DNA of 52,774 nucleotides, the filler included, from Dirinaria sp. TL-2023a (Eukaryota), in assembly GCA_051941275.1 (NCBI GenBank). It is 2 parts of 2 records of this genome, joined end to end, with 100 filler letters (N's around TTAATTAATTAA, not from the genome) between each part and the next. Parts side by side here need not be neighbours in the genome. Positions count along the whole stretch, not along the records: positions 1 to 26,390 come from JAVEBF010000163.1; positions 26,491 to 52,774 come from JAVEBF010000164.1. One strand, given 5' to 3'. The translations under genes and the position numbers were made by a program. The notes under the pieces are model-generated. The model searched no databases. It was not told the DNA's origin and saw only the letters and a list, made by a program, of their open reading frames with translations. Below, in pieces: positions 25,901 to 35,066 of this stretch (its first letter is position 1; every line of letters starts with the position of its first letter).

Positions 25901-26390
25901 CCTCTCTTCTTTTCATTTATATCTCACTGCATCATTAGTGTTTTCGTTATTGTGCGCAGCGATTCACACGCGAAATCTACAAGAGAATCAAGAGACTTGA
26001 AAACTACATCGCTACTGCCACAGCTGGGGTTCTATAATACAAGTTCGAAGTTTGAAATAAGTTTCAATTTTTGACATAACGCCTCTGAATGTTTGAAGAC
26101 ACTCTTATGTTTTCTGTTACGCGTCGACCATTGAACTGATAATTTTTACACCTTTGGTCGATTATTCTTGTAATTTTGAATCCGCTTTGTCGTGTTTGCC
26201 TTATTATGAGATTGTAATTGATAGTCTCATAGCTTTGTAGCTTAAAAGACAACAATCTTGATCTGAATTTTATCATTGTTCGACAGCATTTTCGTTGAAA
26301 ATACTTGACATAATGAATCGATACAATCTCGACGCGTTGATTTTGAAGATCAGAAAGAAGAAGATCTCCTGATGCTGGTATTTTCAAAAT

Positions 26391-26490
26391 NNNNNNNNNN
26401 NNNNNNNNNNNNNNNNNNNNNNNNNNNNNNNNNNTTAATTAATTAANNNNNNNNNNNNNNNNNNNNNNNNNNNNNNNNNNNNNNNNNNNN
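26391..26490. other. Artificial assembly spacer: N44-TTAATTAATTAA-N44
   Basis: Exactly 100 nt. The central palindromic 12-mer puts stop codons in all six frames, a standard contig-joining linker. Confidence 0.97.
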
Positions 26491-27166
26491 CCTTCCCCCT
26501 CCCTAACAACCTCTTAACATTCAACGATGCACCTATCCCACCTTTCTTTCCCCTTTGCACGATAGATCAGAATTATCATCCTTTTCCCTCATTCAAAATA
26601 ATGATTTATTTTTTGTATTTTTAAAGGGAGAGGGGGAAATGTTTCATACACTGTGAGAGTCTAAAGTTTAGAGCTCAAAGAGTAGATAGTAAGAGGAGGA
26701 TATGGCATGGATATTTACAAGTAGGGAGGGATGGGAGAACAAGGCGTGGGTGGTAAAGTCCTCACTACACTACGCTATATATTTTTTGCGGGTCGATTTT
26801 TTTAGTGCAATCGCGGCTGATCAAGGTGGCAGTAGTGCTTGCGGTCAATACGAGGGATGCTCGCCGTATGGTATCTGATGATACTTAAGGAGATGAAGGG
26901 AAAGGGGCTGTGCTATGCCTACATCGAGGTAAGCGAGATAAGCGAGGTAGGTAAGGTACGAGTCCTCGTACAATTCGGTGAAAAACAGGCCTCAAAACTT
27001 GACGGTAATGGCACTTCATTACCACTGGGGCTTAGGTATGTCTACCGTAATGTATGTAGGTCTACTGAGCGCAGTAGCTTCCCCCTTGGGAGTGCGACAA
27101 TCTCTGTCAATTTGTGGGATAATTGCCTTCATATCTCAAAGACAGTCCTGGTCTCCCAGATGTCTC

Positions 27167-27198
27167 AAAAAAAAAAAAAAAAAAAGAAAAAAAAGAAA
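27167..27198 (+). repeat. Poly(A)-rich tract
   Basis: A19-g-A8-g-aaa. Similar tracts at 29366-29396 and ~29633-29653. Confidence 0.9.
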
Positions 27199-28300
27199 CG
27201 GACGATAGATTCGCAAGACCTGCTCTCACACCTGAACGAAATCTAAGTTCCTATCTTATCTCTGTCGGGTTGTCAATGAAGAAAATGATATTCTCAAATC
27301 TCGAAGGCAGTAGTAGTATGTTAGTCCCAGAGGTCGAGAGACAGCACCGAAACTCACGCTAACCCAGATCCGGGTTTCCGAAGGATCTCTGCTGGATTTT
27401 GGGACAAAAAACCAAAATGATGGCCAAGCGAAAATTTTTGAAGCAGAAAACCCAGCTTGCTAATCATGTAAGATACATCAACACAATTCCTATAAGACAA
27501 AGCAAACTCCAAGATTCGTAATTAATTTATGTATGCATCTAAGATCATGAAAAGCTTGAATTTTTATGGAGCGTTTCTGGGTAAAAGACTGCTTCTAAGT
27601 TAATCCTTTGATATCCTTTTGGTAACATCTTTATCCCACTCACTGCTATCTTTGAAGTAATTCATCTTCCTTTCTTCCAGCTTGACTCAAGCATCTAAGG
27701 TAACAATAACATATACATATTCTTCCTTTTCAGACCATACGTTATTTCCGGAACTACTGTATCATTAATGGCTAAACCATGACGATGATGTGTATGATGA
27801 CTGAGCAGGGCTCGTGTAGCCAATCGCCCAATGTGCTCTATTCTACTTATTGAAGTAGAGTTTGAGCTATCCAAGTTATAATTTTTTTTGGAAAGGAAAC
27901 AAGGAATTATATTCCCGATTTTCGTTCAAACATCAGTCCCTTCCTCGAGTGGAAGAGAGACTTCTTCCCATTGCCTCTTAAAAAAAAAGTCAACCCGTAT
28001 CAACTTGCTCAGTAACTCAAAATAGGTCGCTAGAGACTCGTATCTTCTGTCGAATTGTAACGAAGGAAAGATAATACCTTTCGGCCCAAATAAACTGCAA
28101 TTCCTACGCTGAAAACCGATTGTCAGTCCTGAATGGCAAGGGGCCGCAAGATGAGACGAGAGACGGGACGAAACAGGACTCGAATATCAAACAAGAATGT
28201 TTAACGGATTTCCTGTCGGATTTGTTATAATGAGGAAAATACCTTACTTCAATACTTTCAAATCTCGAAGGCAGTCCCGCGGTACCGTGTTAAAACCAAC

Positions 28301-29353
28301 CTAAGGTAAGGCCAGACCCTACCACTAACCAACCCAATTCAGATTTCCACCACATCTTTGTCAGTTTCCTGTGAAGGAAACCATCACACTTTATTGCGTT
28401 TCAGATCCAAATCGCAGTCCTGGAAGAACTCACCTGACCTAAGGACTACAGGATCCTCATCCTAACCCAATTTCGGATTTTCCCACATCTTTGTTAGTCG
28501 GTTGTGAAGGAAATTTTCATACTTTATTGCCTTTCAGATCCCAACCGCAGTCCTCGGAGATCCACTTACAGAACCCCGACCCCCAACACTAACCAAATCC
28601 AGGTTCCTACCACATCTTTGTCAGTTGATTGTGAAGAAAAACATCATACTTTATTGCGTTTCAGATCCCAATCACAGTCCTAGGAGTCAAAAACCCGGAA
28701 GATAAGGGCTACAGAATCCTCACCCTAACCCAACCTAGGTTCCTACCACATCTTTGTCAGTCTAGAGTGAAGAAAACTTTCACACTTTATTGCGTTTCAG
28801 ATCCCAATCGCAGTCCTTACCTACCGGAACCTAAGGGCTTACAGAACCCGATCCCCAGCACTAACCCAATCTAGGTTCCTACCACATCTTTGTCAGCTCG
28901 TTGTGAAGAAAACCATCATACCTTACCTTATATGATTGCATTTCAGATCCTAATCGCAGTCCCAGAGTCAAAAACCAGAAGAACCAACCTAAGGACTACA
29001 GAACCCTTATCCTAACCCAATCTAGGTTCCTACACATCTTTGTCGGTTCAGTGTGAAGAAAACCATCATACTCTATTGCGTTTCAGATCCCAATCGCAGT
29101 CCCCCGGAAAACCAACCTGACCTAAGGACTACAAGACGCTCACCCTAACCCAATCCAGGTTCCTACCACATCTTTGTCGGCTCGTTGTGAAGAAAACCTT
29201 CATACTTTATTGCATTTCAGATCTCAATCGCAGTCCCCTGAGAACCGACTACCGGAACCTACAGACCCTAACACTAACCCAATCCAGGTTCCCACCGTAT
29301 CTCTGTTGGCTTGTAATCAAGGAAATAATACTTTCAGATCGAGATTGCAGTCC
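28301..29353. repeat. Tandem array of 8 imperfect ~117-146 bp units (non-coding minisatellite)
   Basis: Core ctaacccaatc(c/t)aggttcctaccacatctttgtcag..tgtgaagaaaaccatcatactttattgcgtttcagatcccaatcgcagtcc. Unit ends at about 28420, 28553, 28680, 28816, 28962, 29102, 29236 and 29353. Confidence 0.95.
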
Positions 29354-29799
29354 TTAGCGTGTCCCAAAAAACAAAAAAAAAAAACAAACAAAAAAAGGGT
29401 GTTTCTGAGGTATACAGTACGATAGATGAGCCACCATCATCATCGTCAAGGAAACCCCCATGCTTGATGCCGCAGCTTCCTTTCCGGACTTCAGGGAGCC
29501 CTGATTGATTGATTGATGATCCCTTTGAATTCCTTTTCTGTGATTGAGGGTATTTGCGAATTATGTCTTTGCTGCTACTACGGATGGATGGATATTTTTC
29601 TTATCATCATCAGGTTTCAGCTAAAGAAATTTAAAAAAAAAAAACAAAAAAAAGAAGGATGCGAACGGCCGGCTTTGTGCCCGGCACGTGGATTCTATTT
29701 TTCTATGCTTGGATTTCTTTTTGATTTGTTATACACACGACCCGCCCGATTAGGGACATGGAATTGAATATTATATCGATGATGCAATGACGAATTTTA

Positions 29800-32754
29800 T
29801 CATCCCTCTTCCCAAGCTGGGTTCTGTTTTTTTTTGGTGTCTGTTAGCATCTGCATTTGAGCCAGGGGAGGAAGGGTTGGGCTTTACCTTTCTCAAAATG
29901 ACGAGCCCTTCCAGATTGCTCGCCAAACTGATATACTGCTCATCCTCCAACTCGGCCCTCTCGCCGTACGCAAGCAGCACCGGCGTGCTCTGCGTCTGCC
30001 ACCCCGTGATCGTCTTCGGCCGCCCCGCCTGGCCCACCACATCGACCGCCTGTCCGACCCGTACATTCACTTGCAGAGGCTTAAGATCTTCATCGAGGGT
30101 AACGAGGAATCTGGGATGCATGGCGGTGACTATGAAGTAGAGGAGGTAGTGGGAATCGCTGAGGATGAACTGCTTCGCGTCGATCATGGCCACGAGAACG
30201 GTCAATAAGCCCGCCGCGGCGACTTGCGAGAGGATCTGTCGGTCGGTGTGGAACGGATGGATCGACATCGTGCCTTTACCCATGTGCAGCAGTCCTTGCG
30301 CTATCCGTACCATGAATAGGGAGTTCTGGTCGCGGTGGTAATAGCTCGCAAGCTGCCGAAGTAGTTGTGCAAGCCTTGCGTTGTTCGTGCCGGCGCCGAG
30401 GAGGCCCATGGCGAAGATGGCGTTGATAGCGACGTCGTTATCGTTGTCATGGCTGTATCGGGAGAGTGTATCGTAGACTTTCATTTGCGGGTTGCTGGGG
30501 CTGATGAGACCCATAGCGAGAGGGACTGCCTTTCGGATGTTGGCCTCGCCGTAGTGCATCAAGTGACCGAATTGGCGCAGGACCATCTCTTGACCGACGT
30601 CTTCACCCATAGAAATCAGGGATAGGCCGAGGACAGCGTATGTCTGTAGGAGTTCGTCACCCTTTTTGTCGTCGCCTTCTTCGATGTGGTCGTTGCAGAT
30701 GTGGAGAAGTTCCTGAAGCTTTAAGACTGTTCCGGTTCCGGCCCAAGCACAAACTTCGGCCAAAACTGCTGCTGGTTTCGACATTGGGTGGTCGATGGCT
30801 TTCAAAGTTTCCAATATGACTTCCACCTCCTCTTGGCGGCCAAAGAATAACAAGGCAAGCCCGAGCGACATAAACCGTGTCCACTTGTCTTTCAGCTGCT
30901 TTTGCCGCTCTTCGTCAAGAAGCGTGGTTATGATGGCTTCGCTAACGCGGTCGTTGGAAGACCCAACAAAAATCAGGCCGAGCGAAAGTGCTGCCATCGC
31001 AGATATTTGCATTTCCAGCGATGTATCTTCCACAATTGGTAACAAAAGCTCCAACAGATCCTCCTTATTAGTACCTGCACATGCTAAGCCGAGACCCATA
31101 ATGGAAGCCATCTTGATTTGTACGTTCTTGCTTCCAATAGTGTCTTCACCACTCAACATTGCGAGGGCCGGCTCTGCGTCTATACGGACTCCCGAGTTCA
31201 GGATACCAATGGCCAGGTAAGCCCCTGCCCTAATTTGATCCTCTTGCGCATATGTGAACTTGTCGATTTGGTCCAGACCTGATTCAATATCCCACCGCAA
31301 AAGCATTCCCATCGATGCAACGGTCGACATCATACCGTCGTCCTTGGTCTTCCACACCCAACTTGTCTTCTCCCCTTCCCCACTATTAAGCATCATCTTA
31401 TCATTACCGAAGCCGGCATTTGTAAATCCGTTGACGAAGGCGCTGGCAAGGTTGTGTCTTGCCGAGTCAACATTCGTCAGGCCTGCCGTTCGACTGCTTT
31501 CGAGGTGGCTTTTGTAAATGTCCTCTGGCATCTTCGGGTCCAGTATGTTGAGCTCTTTCCCTAAGGATTTGAAATGATTTGGCAACTTCTCATTACTCAA
31601 GCATTCCATGATAGCTTGATCTTCGTCTGATTCCGATGGGGCCTCCAGCCATATCTGCTGCCTTGAAACGGCCAAAGCCATCTGCTTCTTCAGAGCAACG
31701 TCTGATGTCGACTCAAAATCTTTTCGAATAAGTTCTAAGTCATTGATTCGAATAGCCAGTACCATGGCTTGGGGAAGTTTGTTGTAGGATATGTAGATAT
31801 CATGTGCCGTTTTCAAGAATTGCTGATCTTCAGGGTACGTAAGGAGGTTGACCATGCTGACCATGTACAAGCACACTCGGGCGTACGTGTTCTGATCCAG
31901 CCATTGAGGTATCTCTTCTATCCGTTCAAGCTCGCTTAGAATATCCACTGCATCAGCCTCTGCATTGTGACTGAGGAAGTATGGGACGAGCGTTCGAGCG
32001 AGCTCTATAAGCTCTTGCGTGTCCATGTCTTCGTTCAATCTTCGTTGATAATCCTGGCCGATCTCGAGCGCTAGATGTCGAACATATTCATGACCCCAAG
32101 CGCCCACGTCATCGGTTGGAGCGAGAAGTCGATATTTCAAGGTTTCTAGCTTATCTTCGTCGCCTTGTGTCATACCAAGTACTGAAAGAACGTCGGCCAG
32201 AGCATCCTAGGAAAACTTTAGCGAAAACTCGTTTGTATGCATGGACACAGTACCTTCTCTTTCCCTTTCGACCATTGCTCGTAGCACTCAGTAAGCTCGT
32301 CAAAGTGTGGGCGAAGAAATTTAAGAGGTTTCGGTACAGCGGTCATAGAGGACGTCGAGGTCTTTATGAAGTCTTTAATGGATTCAAGGGCTGGGATATA
32401 GAGGTTGGTGTCAGGTTCCTAAGAGGCGTAGATTTAGCCGATTTACAAATGATCGAGGGGAAAAGATCAAAGGTACTTTTAGTCTCGAAACGAGCATTTC
32501 CAGCTCATGCTTGAGTTGCTGGTCTTCCTCGCTCAACTCCTCTATGGAGACACCCTATCAGCTATTGGACGTTGGCGACTGCTCCTTTACACACCTTCTT
32601 GCGGCTCATCGCCCTTCTTCCCATTTATCGTGAGTTTTGCATCCTGACTAGCTTTTGCTCCATCGCGCTTTTCTTCGCCATCAAGAGACTTCTCATCCAT
32701 GGCCTTGCCTTTGCCTTTCTCTGCAGCAGTCGGCTTGCCATCTTCCTTCGCCAT
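29800..32754 (-). CDS. RPN1: 26S proteasome non-ATPase regulatory subunit Rpn1 (PSMD2); exons 32754-32595, 32541-32477, 32418-32254, 32206-29888, 29823-29800
   Basis: ELSEEDQQLKHELEMLV, KTSTSSMTAVPKPLKFLRPH, WGHEYVRHLALEI, HNAEADAVD, PC repeats, GTNNARLAQLLRQLASYY, VNVRVGQAVDVVGQAGRPKTITGWQTQSTPVLL, VILRK|NPAWEEG*. The ORF track reads through the last intron. Confidence 0.97.
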
Positions 32755-33098
32755 CCTGCCGCTACAGAGCGGTGTCGATCTCAGTCTCGGCCTGGATGAT
32801 CTGTGGCGGGCTGCTGTGAAGATCCTAGGATATATTAAGATTTCTGAGAGCTGCCTCAGCTGTTAGAGGTGTGAACAGCAATATTTGATCACCAATGAAA
32901 GCTTACTGGTTCATGTAATCAACTGTTAGTACGCGCTCCGAAAGCTCAATCGGCCGGAGTGACTTTTTGCCGGGTATTCACAGCCGAGGTCAAGCCGGAG
33001 GGCTCGCACTGCGGAGACTGGATTTATTTCGTGAATTGGTATGCCTGCTTGATCATCTCTACATAAAGTACAGTGCAAGGATCTCTCTACGTCTCAAG

Positions 33099-34385
33099 AT
33101 GAAGCTCGATACGAGGCATCTCCGCTACCTCACTACGGAGGATTGGCGGGTACTGACTGCTGTAAGGTTTCTCTCCGCAACACCACTCAAGACGGTGCGA
33201 GGACTAACAGCTAATAGACCGCTATGCATCTAGGTGGAAATGGGTAGCAAAAACCACGAAGCTGTCCCTACATCACTCATCCTTCAACTTTCAAGCCTCC
33301 GCAGTGGTAGCGGAGCTCATAAGAGTATCTCCACCCTCGCCAAAGCGAATTTGATAGCTCGAGTCAAGAATGCAAAATGTAAATGCAAATCAACTCGATG
33401 ACCTCCTGGTTTCATTGCTGACTACTATTGATTGACTATAGACGACGGATACCGCCTTACCTATGGCGGCCTAGATTACCTAGCCCTACACACCCATCAG
33501 AAGCATTCCAAGATATATTCTGTTGGCAACCAAATCGGTACCGGTAAAGAGTCCGACATCTTCGTGGTTGCCTCTGAATCCGGTCAACAATACGTCCTAA
33601 AGGTTCACCGATTAGGCCGTATCTCCTTTAGGACCGTGAAGTCCAATCGGGACTATCTCCGCCATCGATCCTCTGCTTCTTGGATGTACATGAGCCGGCT
33701 CGCTGCACTGAAGGAATATTCATTCATGGACGCTCTGAAGCAGAGGTGCTTCATGGTGCCGAATCCAATAGCGCAGAATCGACACACGATTGTAATGGAG
33801 TTTATTGATGCATTCCCACTGCGGCAGATCAAGGAGGTACCCAACCCAGGTGGGCTGTATGGGGAGCTGTTGGAGATGATTTTAAAGCTCGCAGGTGTGG
33901 GCATGATTCATGGAGATTTCAATGAATTCAATATCCTCATTAAAGAAGACGAAGTCCATGCTGTGAGACCAAATAATATCTCGGCGCCAGAAGCGGACGA
34001 CCAGTCTTCGCAAAGCGGGACAAAGCTAACACCTTACTTGATTGATTTTCCCCAAATGATATCTATCGACCACGCAAACGCCGAGATGTACTTTGACCGG
34101 GACGTTCAATGCATAAAGCGCTTCTTCGAGCGGCGATTTCACTTCGTCAGTGACGAGCCAGGGCCTTCCTTCGAGGACGCAAGGAAAAGAGCTGAGACGA
34201 ACATCGCAAAGAGGCTGGACGTCGAGGTCGAGGCATCTGGCTTCTCCAAGAAGATGGCAAGGGAGCTCGAGAAGTATATGCAAACGGTCGGTGTAGACGG
34301 TGACCGGGACGAAGTGGAAGGGGATGGAGATGAGCTTAGCAGTAGCTCTTTAACGTCGGAAGCTGGAGACGGTGGAAAAACTTGA
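33099..34385 (+). CDS. RIO2: Atypical protein kinase Rio2 (40S maturation); introns 33162-33233 and 33379-33441
   Basis: MKLDTRHLRYLTTEDWRVLTA|VEMGSKNHE, YDGYRLTYGGLDYLAL, VGNQIGTGKESDI, KVHRLGRISFR, SWMYMSRLAALKE, IHGDFNEFNI, IDFPQMISIDH. Confidence 0.97.
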
Positions 34386-34767
34386 ACACGGAGTTGATGC
34401 AATGACAGCTTATACCGCCAAACAGAACGCCCTTGAGCGACGAGAATTTCATTGGAAAGCACCTACCAAACCAGTTTAAATCTACTTTAGCAGCAGTCGA
34501 CCAGTGTTGAGCATTAACAATTCAACCTCGAACACTCTGATGACTATGTGCTGTATTTTGTGAACATGATTCTTTGAATAAAGGCTATTATAGTGTTCAT
34601 CAAGCTGAAGCAATGTCGAAGGAGTAATAATATTCCTCTCCACTCTAGAAGCACAAGCACGCTTTTGAAAATGAAGACCAGGTGCTTCAATTGACCCCGA
34701 AGTCCATCGCGGACCGAAGCAAGGCTCCCTGGAGATGCCGCTAGTAAGTGCAAAGCAGAAAACCTAT

Positions 34768-34792
34768 GATGATGATGATGATGTTGATGATG
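34768..34792. repeat. Imperfect (GAT)n microsatellite
   Basis: tgatgatgatgatgatgttgatgatg in the RIO2/RRM convergent intergenic region. Confidence 0.8.
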
Positions 34793-35066
34793 TTATAGCC
34801 CACCTTCTAAATAATGCTGATGCAATATTGGAATACACTTCGAGGAGCTTGCTGATGGGGAAATAAATAAAATACTGAAATGCTCCCTCGTAAGTCGTAA
34901 AGGCCATAAGCATATTAGAAGTCGAAAGTCGTAAGATGGTGCTTCCTAACCATTTGCCCGAGGATAAGGAGACACGGATGGTATAGGACCTAGCCGATGC
35001 CTCGAAAAGGGGATACCGGATCTCGTACAGTGAACGACGGTGCGGATGGTAGAGACTTGATTTCGT

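Larger units (their letters stand above)
17240..26390. mobile_element. AT-rich hypermutated block of decayed genes, probably a relic large mobile element or repeat; family not identifiable
   Basis: Abrupt compositional shift just after the AAA gene. No intact long ORF, but protein-like stretches are broken by stops on both strands. Strong CC/GG depletion. Runs into the assembly gap. No TIR, LTR or transposase motif recognised. Confidence 0.5.

Noticed and set aside
26435..26446. TTAATTAATTAA palindrome as a biological site
   Set aside because: Centred in Ns; it is an artificial six-frame stop linker.
26763..26837. CACTAC..GTAGTG mini CACTA/MITE
   Set aside because: Only a 6-bp inverted match with an imperfect flanking triplet (cct/ctt).
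26839..27362. Lys-rich ORFs (KKKKKK) right of the gap
   Set aside because: They arise from translating a poly(A) tract in three frames and have no coding character.
28170..28200. tRNA T-loop-like ggactcgaat
   Set aside because: No cloverleaf or A box; no tRNA or rRNA gene was recognised anywhere in the window.
28340..29240. Box C/D snoRNA cluster (minus-strand CTGA..TGATGG..CTGA)
   Set aside because: No conserved upstream C box, the D box varies (CTAA, CCGA), and no rRNA complement was recognisable. Not formally excluded without Infernal or snoscan.
28301..29353. CRISPR-like array
   Set aside because: Repeats are far too long and degenerate, the 'spacers' are homologous to one another, there are no cas genes, and the context is eukaryotic.
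28301..29425. Repeat-peptide precursor (RiPP/KEP) gene, including ORF 29174-29425
   Set aside because: Unit lengths are mostly not multiples of 3, frames hit stops, and there is no signal peptide or regular Kex2 site.
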